The position numbers and the translations under genes were made by a program. The notes below the pieces were generated by a model. It was given only the letters and a program-made list of their open reading frames with translations. It was not told the DNA's origin and ran no database searches. A stretch of 64,000 nucleotides of DNA, from positions 337,683-401,682 of the forward strand of contig MCFH01000051.1 of NCBI GenBank assembly GCA_002104945.1, in the 5' to 3' direction. Positions 39,701-53,600 of the stretch are shown piece by piece. How positions within the stretch are numbered: position 1 is the stretch's first letter; every line of letters starts with the position of its first letter. Source of the DNA: Piromyces finnis finn (taxonomy: Eukaryota > Fungi > Neocallimastigomycota).

Positions 39701-41234
39701 GGAATTTGGTATCCAGAAATGTTCAACGATGGTGATTCGTCCTGAATCAATAGAAAATCAGAACAAGAGAGATCCAACATTTTACTTAGCAGGACAACCC
39801 ATTCCAACTACTGATTGTTATACTTATCTTGGTGTTCCATTTGATAAGAATCTGTCCCTTAAACCAGTAATTAAAGCTCTTAATAACAAGGTTTTGAAAG
39901 GGCTTTTCTCAGTCAGTAAATTCTTAAGAAATCCTAATATTCCTATTCCTTTCAAAAAACTAGTACTTAACTCACAAGTGATTAGCAGAGTTTCATACTT
40001 TGCACCATTACTTGGATCCAACAAAGCTAGGTCTAGGATTGCTCAGAAGCATGTTAACAAAGGAATACGATGGGTTGCCGGAGTTCATAAAGCTGTATCG
40101 TTTATATCTTTATACTCTATTTCAAAAGATTTGAATATTCCTCCATTGTCAGCCAAATGTGCGTTAGCTCAGGTTAGATGTTTTAACAAATGGAAAAACT
40201 CAAATTGTATTATCTCACACCTTGTCAATTACATTCCTAAATTTAGAAAATACACGTGGTGCAAATCAAGTAGGACACTTGATAAAAAATTAAAGAAACA
40301 TGGAGATGTTAAAGCAGTTAAAAACTTTTATTGGAAAGATCTCAAAGGGAATTCAATCAAAGCGCAATATTATGATGATAATAAATTTATTGAAACTAAA
40401 GATTTTATTAAATTATGTTATGAGTACCCAGAGTTTGCCTATGGCTTCTACTGGCTATTGAAAGCAAGAAGCGGATACAAGTTGGATGCTAGAGTTGCCA
40501 AAGCTGCCAAATTTGTTGATCCAGTTTGTCCTAACTACTGTCCATGTTGCAAGTGTGGAGATCAAAGTATTAAACATTGGTTATTAGATTGTCCAACATT
40601 TAGAGATATCCGTATTAAACATTATGATTCCATAGTCCAGCTATTAAATTTTTTCAGTCAACGTAATTCCAATAGTCCTATCAATAATAATGAAATTGAT
40701 AATATCAGTAGAGATAGTAATAACATTAATAGTAATAGTAACAATAGTAGTAATAACAATAGTAATAGTAACAATAGTAATAGTAACAATAGTAATAATA
40801 ACAATAATAGAAATAATAATATTAGTAATGATAGCAATAGTGAAGATAATAATTCTAATTTAGATAGTAATTTAGTTAATGATAGTAATAGTTCTAATAA
40901 TCCGGTGAATATTAATGTGTATGATTATTCTAGTGTGTGCAGTAAAATATTTAAATTCCTTCTTGGGGGAAGAAGTTTTAACAATATTAATTACAATTCA
41001 AGGGAATGGAAAGAACTTTGTAAGCGTCAGATTCAATCTGGTACTAACGAAGGAACACCATTCTTGACGGTAACCGCGGAACTTCTAACCAAAATCATGC
41101 CTTTTGCTATTGGCCAGCAATGGTCAATGTTCAAAAGGTTTGAAGCAACATCCAAGAGCGTCAATGCTGAAGAAACAGTAAGACAGGCCAGGAGGGCCAG
41201 CGCAACCAATGGAGATCATAATTTTGTTCCATGA
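36727..41234 (+). CDS. Retrotransposon polyprotein, ~1,503 aa: RRM-like domain, Q/S/N-rich linker, APE endonuclease, reverse transcriptase, C-terminal Cys/His knuckle
   Basis: APE: LSWNTNG, LCFQETG, LVGDFN, SDIDHALI, SDHKP. RT: KASGPDGIP, YRGISL, QFGFR, FLDLRKAYDSV, GVRQGCPLSPILFNLFI, LFADD, YTYLGV. Knuckle: CPCCKCGDQSIKHWLLDC. Four 1-nt deletions here (~37273, 38056, 38190, 38210) are intact in the other arm. Confidence 0.9.
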
Positions 41235-41444
41235 CAAAATTTTGATCTTTGGCTCGGTGTCCCATTGGAAGTCAAATACAATTATTATACTTTAGTATGA
41301 TAGTGGCTTTCTTACTTTAATTAAAATTACTAGAATACATTATACCCAATTTTTATTCATTTGTGTTTATTTAAACATATTTTTTTTTATTTTTATTTTA
41401 TTTTAATTTTTTATTACATGTATTATAATTTTAATTAAATTAAT

Positions 41445-41469
41445 AATAAAGTTTAAAATATTTGATGCC

Positions 41470-41500
<31 letters not shown>
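41445..41500 (+). terminator. Polyadenylation signal AATAAA and genome-encoded poly(A) tail of the retroelement
   Basis: AATAAA at 41445-41450; A28 starts 22 nt later (41473-41500). Confidence 0.85.
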
Positions 41501-41654
41501 TAAAAAAAATATGTTTAAATAAACACAAATGAATAAAAATTGGGTATAATGTATTCTAGTAATTTTAATTAAAGTAAGAAAGCCACTATCATACTAAAGT
41601 ATAATAATTGTATTTGACTTCCAATGGGACACCGAGCCAAAGATCAAAATTTTG

Positions 41655-44600
41655 TCATGGAACAAAATTATGATCTCCATTGGTTGCGCTGGCCCTCCTG
41701 GCCTGTCTTACTGTTTCTTCAGCATTGACGCTCTTGGATGTTGCTTCAAACCTTTTGAACATTGACCATTGCTGGCCAATAGCAAAAGGCATGATTTTGG
41801 TTAGAAGTTCCGCGGTTACCGTCAAGAATGGTGTTCCTTCGTTAGTACCAGATTGAATCTGACGCTTACAAAGTTCTTTCCATTCCCTTGAATTGTAATT
41901 AATATTGTTAAAACTTCTTCCCCCAAGAAGGAATTTAAATATTTTACTGCACACACTAGAATAATCATACACATTAATATTCACCGGATTATTAGAACTA
42001 TTACTATCATTAACTAAATTACTATCTAAATTAGAATTATTATCTTCACTATTGCTATCATTACTAATATTATTATTTCTATTATTGTTATTATTACTAT
42101 TGTTACTATTACTATTGTTACTATTACTATTGTTATTACTACTATTGTTACTATTACTATTAATGTTATTACTATCTCTACTGATATTATCAATTTCATT
42201 ATTATTGATAGGACTATTGGAATTACGTTGACTGAAAAAATTTAATAGCTGGACTATGGAATCATAATGTTTAATACGGATATCTCTAAATGTTGGACAA
42301 TCTAATAACCAATGTTTAATACTTTGATCTCCACACTTGCAACATGGACAGTAGTTAGGACAAACTGGATCAACAAATTTGGCAGCTTTGGCAACTCTAG
42401 CATCCAACTTGTATCCGCTTCTTGCTTTCAATAGCCAGTAGAAGCCATAGGCAAACTCTGGGTACTCATAACATAATTTAATAAAATCTTTAGTTTCAAT
42501 AAATTTATTATCATCATAATATTGCGCTTTGATTGAATTCCCTTTGAGATCTTTCCAATAAAAGTTTTTAACTGCTTTAACATCTCCATGTTTCTTTAAT
42601 TTTTTATCAAGTGTCCTACTTGATTTGCACCACGTGTATTTTCTAAATTTAGGAATGTAATTGACAAGGTGTGAGATAATACAATTTGAGTTTTTCCATT
42701 TGTTAAAACATCTAACCTGAGCTAACGCACATTTGGCTGACAATGGAGGAATATTCAAATCTTTTGAAATAGAGTATAAAGATATAAACGATACAGCTTT
42801 ATGAACTCCGGCAACCCATCGTATTCCTTTGTTAACATGCTTCTGAGCAATCCTAGACCTAGCTTTGTTGGATCCAAGTAATGGTGCAAAGTATGAAACT
42901 CTGCTAATCACTTGTGAGTTAAGTACTAGTTTTTTGAAAGGAATAGGAATATTAGGATTTCTTAAGAATTTACTGACTGAGAAAAGCCCTTTCAAAACCT
43001 TGTTATTAAGAGCTTTAATTACTGGTTTAAGGGACAGATTCTTATCAAATGGAACACCAAGATAAGTATAACAATCAGTAGTTGGAATGGGTTGTCCTGC
43101 TAAGTAAAATGTTGGATCTCTCTTGTTCTGATTTTCTATTGATTCAGGACGAATCACCATCGTTGAACATTTCTGGATACCAAATTCCATTTCATTATAC
43201 AATGCCCATTCATTAACTCTTCTAAGCATCTTTTTTAAGCATCCTCTTGTTGGAGCACAAATAACTATATCATCTGCAAAAAGTCCACCACAGCATCGAG
43301 TGTCACCTAAACTGACTCCTAGATCTTCGCACTCTCTAAATATATCATTAATAAAGAGATTAAAGAGAATAGGAGAAAGAGGGCAACCTTGACGGACTCC
43401 TTTCTTCACATCAAAAGATTTCGAGAATTGTCCATCTAATTTGACATTAGCCTTAGATGTTAAATATAAATTTTTGATAAATTGTAGACTCTTACCTCGG
43501 ATTCCTAAACAATCTAATTTATGGAGAATATTACCGATTGGGACTGAATCGTATGCTTTCCTGAGATCTAAAAAGGCCAAATATGTCTCTTTATTATCTA
43601 ATTGACGTCTACGGCATATTTCTTGGATTGAAATGAAAAGACTAATACTTTCTTCCTTTTTTCGAAAACCAAATTGTTCAGGTCTAATGAAATTATTCTT
43701 TAAACCATATTCTGAGATTCTAGTGGTGACAATTTTGGAAATCAACTTAATACCATTATTGATAAGTGATATACCTCGATAGTTATCACAATCTGTCAAA
43801 TCTCCCTTCTTAGGAATAGAAACAATACTGGATTCATTCCATGAGTTGGGGAAATCTCCATCCCAAATACGGTTGAATAATTTAAGAATAAAATTTAAAC
43901 CATGAGCATCATTATCTGAAGTAGTATTACCAGAAGAATTATTATCTGTAGCATTATTAGAATCATTACTTGATGGAACTAATGCTTTGTAAAATTCAAT
44001 TGGAATACCATCCGGACCTGATGCTTTATAATTTGGAGTAGTGAGGATAGCTGACTTGACTTCATCAATACTAATATCTTGGTTGATATCCCACTCATCA
44101 AGCATAGGAAGTGAAAAACGTTTATTCGTTGGTTCTTCATACCAATGCTCCAAATCAAGACTTACACCACTTGGGTCTGATGCAAGATTTTCGAAATGAT
44201 CATGCCACACATCTAGTTGTTCTTCCGTAGCAACAACTAATTCTCCATTTTTATTTTTAATTGGTTGAGCAATAAAGAAAGAATCTTTTCCAATTTTTGC
44301 AGTTTTCTTGATCCATTTCCAGGCCTTCTTAGGATTATGACTCTTCATATACTCACATCCTGTTTTAATCCAATGAAGATATTCTTGCTTCCTAAATTCA
44401 TTACATCTTTTGTGGATGTAATCAATGAGTTTACGGTAGATTTTAATTCTTTTAATAAATTCATCTATATCATAAATTCTTTCTTTTTTAAATCTCTTAT
44501 ACAACTTCATTTTGATTTTTTGAAGATTAAAAATTTGTTGTGAAATATGAAATGAAGACTTTATAACATTATTTGCTGAGTAATACTGAGCTCGTCTGCA

Positions 44601-46176
44601 ATTGAAAAAGCAGTTGAAGTAAACTCTTTGGAAAGTTCATCTGTAGAAACATTAGGATCGTTGGATTTTGCTGAAAGTATTTGGAATTTATTATGACTGA
44701 GAATAGATTCCTTTTCCTCAATACATTTTAATCTATTCCATTTCAGAATTTTCTTAGGAACATTAAAGTCATTAGAAAAATCTTCCATAGGAATAATTTT
44801 ACCATTAATAAGAAGTGGCTTATGGTCTGATACAGGATAAAAATTATTTATAAATGATCCTGAGTGAATAAGATCTTTCATCTTCGAATTGATAAGAGCA
44901 TGGTCAATGTCGGAAGATTGATCACCTCGAGTCCAAGAGATAGTAGACCCTCTAAGCGGAAGAATTTCCCAATCTCCTAATCCATTAGTTGATAACCAGT
45001 TGGATAATTTTACTTTAGACATATTAAAATCACCAACAAGAATCGATGGATGGGATGAATGAGTTTGTAACCACAAGCGAACTTCTAACTTTGCATGATC
45101 AACATAGATGTTGTGATGACTATGAGGCATATAAACATTCCAATCGAGCATTTGAATCTATTCCAGAGACTAAAAGTATAAATAGAAATAATATACTTTC
45201 CAGAGAAGTTTTCAAGTGAGGCTTGACATGAATTGTGAAAACCTAAATATAAACCTCTCATTCCCGGAACTGATTCGTCAGCTTTCTTGAAAAAGTGTCT
45301 ATAGTTTCGCAAAGTAACACGACAAGGATAATCTGTATTCGATCCAGAACCATTACCAGTTTCTTGGAAACATAAAAATAATGGTTTGAAAATAGCTGTG
45401 AAATAGCTAATACTATCTCTCTTTTCGTGATTCCACCCATTGGTGTTCCAACTAAGACAAAAAGAAAAGTTATCAGGCTTGTTGGATGAGGAAGAATCGT
45501 TGCTATTATTATTATTATTAAAGTCATCGTTATTAATGGATGATGCATCAGAGGAATAAGTAGAACTATTACTAGATGGCTGTGAAACTGAAGAACTATC
45601 AACTATTGAACTGTTATCAGAGTTGATAGAGCTATTAGAATTAATTGTTGAATGTTGAGATTGAAATTGTGTTTGCTGTAGATCTGGAATATTTTCATGA
45701 TTGGAAACTTGTTGAAGATCTTGTTGAAGATCTAGTTGAAGATCGGATTGTTGATGAGATTGTTGAACTGATTGTTGAAATGATTGTTGAATAGAATGTT
45801 GATGTTTATTAGAAACTAAAATTTTACGTTTGAGAGTGGAAAAAGTGTATTTGTGATTCCTTCTACTACGAGCTGAAAAGGAAATTGAGGTAACTGAAAG
45901 TTTCTTCTTTAACATGTGTAAGATTTTAATACAATCTTTCGATGAACCATGAACCTTGACTAAGAAAAAGTGATCATTGAAAGTCTGAAAATATTTAACA
46001 CTAATAACTGAATTAAATTTATCTTCTAGAATAACCTCGAGTTTTTCCCATAGCATATTTACTGACCATGATCGAATACCACGGATAAAGAAGGAGCGAA
46101 TATCATCTAAGGGGATACCATAAGACCGGGTACCACGTCTGATATAATTCTTGTCTTTAATATAAAGGACTGACAT
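41655..46176 (-). CDS. Retrotransposon polyprotein, inverted copy (~1,507 aa; two 1-nt deletions near 45140 and 44580)
   Basis: ORFs 45085-46176, 44561-45151 and 41655-44510 join. The 951-aa RT part is identical in protein sequence to the left copy. A 12-nt insertion gives QSDLQLDLQQDL. Confidence 0.88.
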
Positions 46177-46817
46177 GATAATAAATTCTAATTAAAAATA
46201 TTGAATATAAAATAAATACTAATAAAAATTATAAATATAACGTATATGGAAAAAAATCTGTCTCTCTCTCTCTTCTTAAAAGTACTGGATAGTACAAAAA
46301 TTGTTACGATGCTTTGTTTAAAGTTTCTTTTTTTGAATTCTAGTTGTAAATTTTCTTTAAAAATTCTAGTTTTGGTTTGTTGTTAGTAAATTCGAATCGC
46401 TTTTTGACACTAAACTTGTTTGACTTTACTTTTCATTAAATATTTAAATTGGTAAAAAATTTGAATCAAGAATGTCGACACCAGAAAGCTTGTGAATAGT
46501 ATTTTTACATGATGTAGAGTGAATCAGTCTCTTACAAGAAACAATACAACAATAGCTACATGAATATAAAAATACAATGCAAATGCTAAAGTTGACTACA
46601 TTGGATTCTTACAAGAGAAGAGTAGTACTACATGAATACATGAATAAAAGAAAAAATACAGCAACAAAATGTATTACTCTTCTAATTAAATACTATACAA
46701 ACTTACCTGAATATCAAACATTCAACTTATTCATCAAATACTTAATTCGATGAATAAAATGTTTTTTAATCGCTCAGTACCATGAGCTTAGTCCTAATAA
46801 TTTTCCCTTAAAGACTA

Positions 46818-47063
46818 ACCAAGCATCCATTGCGCAATGCTTGGATTTAATTCTTTCTACTCTCTCAGTACCATGAGCATGAGTAGACCCCCTTGATAAA
46901 CTCCATTATTAAATAAATGAAGGCACGTTCCTAAGAGGGCACCAAGCATCCATTGCGCAATACTTGGATTTAATTCTTTCTACTCTCTCAGTACCATGAG
47001 CATGAGTAGACCCCCTTGAGAAACTACATTTATTAAATAAATGAAGGCACGTTCCCAAGAGGG
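46818..47063 (-). repeat. Inverted copy of the two 124-bp leader monomers
   Basis: Reverse complement of 35838-36084 with several substitutions. Confidence 0.9.
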
Positions 47064-47765
47064 AACTCATAGTAAATAGAGACTATCAAAATTTTTGAAA
47101 TATTTCTATTTTTCTGATATAAATTATAGAACATTCAAATCTTTTGAATTAGGGCATAAAGGTGTAAATGATATAACTATGCACGTACTAACAATTCATA
47201 TTAATCTTTTACTATAAAAAGATATTTTAATATTCAAGTTTTTTTTTTTAGACTTTGGTAATAAGTATATTTTAAGATTGGATATAATATTTTAATAAAT
47301 ACTTTTCCAAATAATTTTATTATATATCTTTCTGTTACTTTTATATATTCTAAATTAGTTTATGAATAGCAACATACAACATATATTTATTATTTAATTT
47401 TAATTAACAATACAATAAATATTTAATAATTACTTTAAAATAAGAATTTTTCCATAAAATTATATATAAAAAAAATATTCATCAACACTAAGAAAAAAAT
47501 AATATACCTAATAACTAATTAAATTTTTTAAAGATAGTATTTTTTTATTATTCGCCTTGTTGTTATATTAATTAAAAATAAAAGTAATTATGATACATAT
47601 AAGTGGATTAATGATAATGATAAAAAAATAATACAAATATATACATGAAAGTAAAGTAATTTATAGATTTTTAAAAAAAAAAACTAGATATATACTATAT
47701 AAATACATTTAATAATAATTTAAATATAAAATAATATAAATAAAATAAAATAAAATAAAAAAGAT

Positions 47766-49266
47766 TTATTTTAATTAATCTTTTAAGGCATCTTCAATTG
47801 GTTGATATCTTTCGGAATTAAGTTGTTCTAAGAGACATTCAAATGGATCGGTCTATTACTGAGAACCATTTTTATGATTGCTGGACTGATCCACTAACTA
47901 ATGCTACCCTAATTCATTTTCTTTAACCGGGATAGTTCCAGTTCGACTATTGATATTCCAAAAACTAATCTTGGAATTAAATATCCTTTGCTTTTGAATT
48001 TTCTTTTCATTATTGAGAAGAAAGCTTCTCGTTGACTACGTTGATAGCTGCCAAAATCAACCATTGAATCAAATTCCATATCTGAAAGAATAAGAATGTT
48101 AGAAGGAAGTTCTTCTTGAGGTATTGATTATCAACAGCAAAATCTAAAATCAAATTGAAAACAGCTTCCAAATTAGTATTACTACAATAACAATGATTAT
48201 TAATAATTCTTAATTTATCTTTCAAGGTATTTGCACCACTGAGATCAACAAGACTAGGACTTGAACTAAAAGTAATATTTGTCTTTATATCTTCCAGAAC
48301 TTCTTTCAGCAAAGTATACAGCTAATGAGAATGCAACTTGCATACAAGTTACTGATGAGTTTGGAGAAGCATTGCAGCACATACTACCGGAACTATCAGC
48401 AACACAAATAGTGTTTCCATTTCCATTTACATAATCCGGTAATCCTTTCATAGTTCTTCCAAAGTATCATCTACGTTGTTAGATGAACCATACTTATTTA
48501 CAATGTCATGAGGGAATAAGACTTGAGAATTAATTTTAGTTTCACCCTTTTCAACTTTTCGAGGAATTCTTTTCTTCTTATAGTATCGTTTTTGAGGAAA
48601 GCCTTATTATAAATGAGATTTGCTCTTGAAGGAACAGCAGAATAATTGATTTCACTCCATTTCTTTGCGCTCATTGAAACTTCCACTACCTTTAAGAATG
48701 ATCTCATTTGAGAAAGCATCTTTCTATATTTCTTATCATTATATTTAAATTCATTAATTAGTATCTTGCCAATTGTCTAGTTGTTTTTGAAGAGGTATTA
48801 TGGAAGCATCCATTTAGCGCAAAGTGAAATAGGTTTGTTTTCACTCATATTCTTTTTATCTTCTTCGAGTTGATCCTTGATAACTTTGAAAACTTCAGAT
48901 TTTAATTGACCTTTTAATAAAGCAAATAATCATCCCAACGACCATATTCAGGAATCAAACTTAATAAAGCACGAACAATTTCTGGATGATTTTTTTCTAA
49001 ATAATCTAAACAAATTCTGAAAAGTCTTCTTTCACCAACACCGCTTCTACAATCTCTAGCATAAACAACCATTTAACAGCTAACATATTTTCTTCATTAA
49101 AAGCCTTAATATATTTTTCTATGATTTGACTTTCATCCATATTTCTCATGGAAGAGATAGCAAAATTAATATCCAATAAATCTTTTCCAGAAGTTTTGTA
49201 ACCAATAGCACCATTTTCGGTGTATGAAAGATTATTATTATCGATAGTAGCGATAGTAGCCATCAT
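47766..49266 (-). CDS. Inverted copy of the DUF2828 gene, fragmented by 1-nt deletions
   Basis: Fragments 49006-49281, 48498-48719, 48266-48451 and 48010-48312 match the left copy. Differences checked are single-base losses. Confidence 0.8.
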
Positions 49267-49976
49267 TTTAATTATTTTCAAAAATCAAAATTAAAATCAA
49301 ATTAAAATCGAAATATAAATCAAAATCAAAATCAAAATCAAAATAGGATTAACAAATGATTTTTTTTTTTATTTTAAGTTATATTAGAATATAAATTTAT
49401 TTGATTTCTTTTTATTTAAAATGAAACCAAAAATTATTTGAATAATTTTAAAATAATTAAAACCTTTTTAAAAGTGATAAAAAATATAAGAAAGAATTGT
49501 TTTTTTATTGTTTATTTATAATAAAATATAAATAAGCAAATAAACTAATAATTTGATGTATTTTAAAATATTTTGAAAGAAATTTTCATTATTTATATAC
49601 TTTTTTTTTTCTTAGCTATAATGTAATAATTATTATAATTAGAAAATGTGTAATATACATTTAAAGTTTTTTTTTTGATAAAAAATTATAAAATGATCAA
49701 GTATAAAATTTTTTAAAAATTTTTTTGCTTAACCATATAAATGTGGTAAAACCAAAAAAAAAAAAAAAAAAATGCATGTACCACATTTTAAGTTTAGAAA
49801 TAATATAAAAATGGTAATTTAATACATAAAAATAAGATATACACGTGTTAAATCTTTCTACATAAAATTAACATAAATTAACATAAATTAACATAAAATC
49901 AACCCATATCATATATACGGCCATGTGACCATATAAATATAAAATAAAGTAAATAAAAAATAACTATCTCTAATAA

Positions 49977-50018
49977 AATAATAATAATAATAATAATAAT
50001 AATATAATAATAATAATA

Positions 50019-50086
<68 letters not shown>

Positions 50087-50106
50087 TAATAATAATAATA
50101 ATAATA

Positions 50107-50163
<57 letters not shown>
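49977..50163. repeat. Interrupted (ATA)n microsatellite, mirror of 32707-32891
   Basis: Read directly. Confidence 0.95.
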
Positions 50164-50634
50164 TTTTATATAATATGCTTAATAAGATATATTATGTCCA
50201 ATATTTATATCTTTTTTTCAATTGAAAAATTAAAATTTCATTTTTACATCCAATAAAATTCTGAAATAAATGGTCATTTTGAATTTTGAGTTAATATATT
50301 CATAGGTCTTGATAAATAAAATATAAAGACCAACAATGCATTTATTTGAACCTGTTATATATAATACAATTTATTTTAAATATATTATTTGTATGTTTAT
50401 GAAAATCAAAAAGTTATATTTATATGTCCAAATTATTAATAAAAAAGCAGTCATTTGAAAATACATAACTATTTAATATTTCTAAACTTTTTTTCTCTTT
50501 CTTATTCTTTTTTATTTATTGATTTATTAGTGAATATAAATGCATTTAAATAAATAATTTTTTATTATTAAATCAATGAAAATTAAAAGACTATAACATT
50601 ATAGCATTATATAAAATAAAAAAAATAATTGAAA

Positions 50635-53600
50635 ATGGATTATGGCAAATATAGTGACAATAACATATATGACATTATAGATGTAAGCGATAGTGAAGAT
50701 GATATTTGGGAGAAAATTCAAGTGAAAGTGAAAACAGCTATTTAGACGAGCGAACATGCTATAATTCGAGATTCATTAACGGTTATAGTAATAACTCTAA
50801 CAATTCTGATTTGACATCTCAAAATGGAAGTTCTTCATATTATCAAGATAATGATCAGATACATAATATTGATAAGGATTATACTAAATCAGGTAATCTT
50901 GATAATCAATTTTCAAATAATGGTGAAAATCATGTAGAAAAATCAAGTGGAGACGAAGAAGAAGATATAAGAAAAGAGAAAGAAAAAGATATTCAAAACA
51001 CAACAATATATTTAGTTATTTCTGGCTCCGAAGATTTGAAATTTAATAATTTTAATATTATATCAGAAAAATCAAAAAATAATATTAAAATTTTGAAACA
51101 AGATTTGGTACTAATTTCGTCTAAAAATAATAAAATTATGAGAAATAAAAGTGAATCGATATTGAAGGTTGATGAATTTAATAATTCTTTTAAAGATAAA
51201 AGTATTTTTTATTTATAGCAAATATTGAATTGGAAAATGATGAAGATTGGATTAAAATTGAGTTTGACTATAATAAAGAAATATTCCAATCAAAGTCAAG
51301 TATAAGTATAAAAGGTATCAACAAAAATTTGTTTATTCAATGTCTTATATAGTTATTGATAAAAATAAAGGAATAATAAAAAAATGTGTAATAAATTTAA
51401 GAATAATAATGAATCCAAGAATTTTATAATAAATAAGTATGGTCTTTCAAATATGCAGAAATTTATTATTTATAAAGAGTATTTGATTAGAGAAAAATTG
51501 GATCTTTTAGTTCTATATTTATTGGAAGAAAGTAAAGCTACCATTATTGATCAGAAAAAAATAGATTTTGAATATGTATTAATTTATATTGAAACTTTAT
51601 TATATAATGAAATCTCTATTAATAATTTATCAAAAGAAGTAAAGAATTATTAAATAATATTTTATCAAGTTTGATAAAAAAAAATGAAATTAGAATAAGA
51701 AAAGATATAAATATAAATATAAATCCTTATAAAAGATTATAGATAAATTCGATTTATATAATAGTGATGATATTAATCGCGAAAACATACTCTTCTTTTA
51801 TTAATATATAATCAAATTTATCATATAAAGAATTTTAATGACATTTACGTTAAAATACAAAAGAAGAAAGAAATTTTGAATTTTATTAGAAAGAATAAAA
51901 ATATATTTTCGAATTTAAAATGTGAAAATTTAAAAATGATCTATGAAAAAGCTAATAAAGAAGAAACCTCAATAAATGATGTATTGATCTTAGCTTCTAA
52001 TAGTAATGAATATATTTCGTTCTTCTGTTCTGTAAAAAAGGATATTATAAATAAGTGTGTAAAAATAAAATTCGATAAAATACCAGAATTAGATGGTAAA
52101 ACTAATATTAAATTATTAGAATCGTTTATTAATGAATTAATTGAAATGAATGTACAACTGGAAAAGAGTGACTATGATACTATCGAAAGAAAATTTTTAA
52201 TGCTAATTAATGTATTGAAAACAAAGGAGGAAGATTATAATAAATTAAATGAATTAAAAAATATTATATTAAAATATGACGATACGAATATTCCATTATT
52301 TAAAAAGATTTTAGAAAAAGTATATAATGCACTTCATGATTTAGGAAAATCATTAATTGAAAAACATAAATGGAATAATATAGAAATACTTAATTATTTA
52401 CAAGAAGATGTTAAAGTATCATATAAAGAACATAAGAGTGATCCCAGAATTGCTTCTCTTATAAAATTTATTAATTTAGATGAAATTAATGAAGATTTCT
52501 GTAAAAAATTTATTGGCAATATTAATGATCCATATGATTATAAAAAACAATTTAATAAAAATTATAATGTTTTTATTTCATCTTTAGTAAAGAATGCTAA
52601 AACGTACAATCATTTAACAAAATTATATAAAATTTTTAATATTGAATCAATTCCAAGACAAAGTGAAGATATCATTAAAAATCTAGTAGATATTTTTGGG
52701 AAAGATTTGGAAAGAAATGGTATGGAATTCTGTGAGATTGAAATTATTATATATACTTTATATAAATTAGTTTCTGATAATAGGGATTATTGTGCTAAAA
52801 GTATTATAAAAATACTAAAAATGTTTTAAATGAACGTGAAGTAAATCATTTATTTTTATTTATTATAGATAACTTTTCAGATGATATAAGTGAAAGCTTA
52901 TGTGAAAAGTTGATTATAAATATCAATGATATGTCCGATAATAAGGTAATAGAAACTTTGAAACAAACTAAATCAGAAAAGATTAAAATAAAAATTATAG
53001 AAAAGTTAGAAAGCAAAGTAATTAAAGAGGAAGATGTTTTTAATGTTGGTTTAACTGATGAATTAGAATTGTTACAAAATATTATTAAATTAAATGATTT
53101 ACAAAAAGATAATAAGAATTTTATAAATGTTTCTTATATTAAGAAAACTAGAGAAGTTGTTAATAATATTATTAAAAAATTGAGAAATTTAGAATTTTGT
53201 ATGAATCAAATAGAATCAATGTATAATCTCTATGAAAAAGAAATCGATAAAAATAGGAATTTATTACAAGATAGATTTCAAATATTGTCATTTGGGGATA
53301 TAGAAAATATAACTACTCTCTATGAAAGAACTGTTAATACAATGAATTATTGTATTACTAAGAGTAGAGAAATTGATGAATTATTAATGTTTTTTCAAAT
53401 TATTATCCAAATGAAAAACATGATATAATTGATAATTATAAAGAATTGAAAAGCAAATTATTAATAATCCAATTTGTGATTTTCCAGATGATGGAAGATT
53501 AGAAATATACAATTTTAAAAATATATATCATGAAGCTCATCAAATTACAAAATTCAAAACTCAAAAATATTTATTATAATTAATGAAATCAAAAAGAAAG

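Larger units (their letters stand above)
35835..41500 (+). mobile_element. Apparently full-length non-LTR (LINE-like) retrotransposon, ~5.7 kb
   Basis: Structured repeated 5' leader, APE-RT-zinc-knuckle ORF, 3' UTR with AATAAA (41445) and A28 (41473-41500). The 5' boundary is approximate, set at the first inter-arm substitution. No 3' flank or TSD survives because the sequence folds back. Confidence 0.9.
41496..47066 (-). mobile_element. Inverted copy of the non-LTR retrotransposon, lacking its own AATAAA/poly(A) end
   Basis: Mirror of 35835-41394; the 3' UTR stops at the T-rich tract about 80 nt before the tail. Confidence 0.88.

Noticed and set aside
41395-41495. Missed SMRTbell or other adapter at the palindrome centre
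   Set aside because: The spacer is native 3' UTR sequence with AATAAA and poly(A); no adapter-like sequence is visible. This does not exclude other chimera types.
35700-41520. Target-site duplication for the retroelement
   Set aside because: The original 3' flank is replaced by the inverted arm, so a TSD cannot be evaluated.
38346-44543. Short antisense ORFs 38346-38624, 39824-40024, 42865-43065, 44265-44543
   Set aside because: They overlap the RT ORF on the opposite strand and are duplicated only because of the palindrome.
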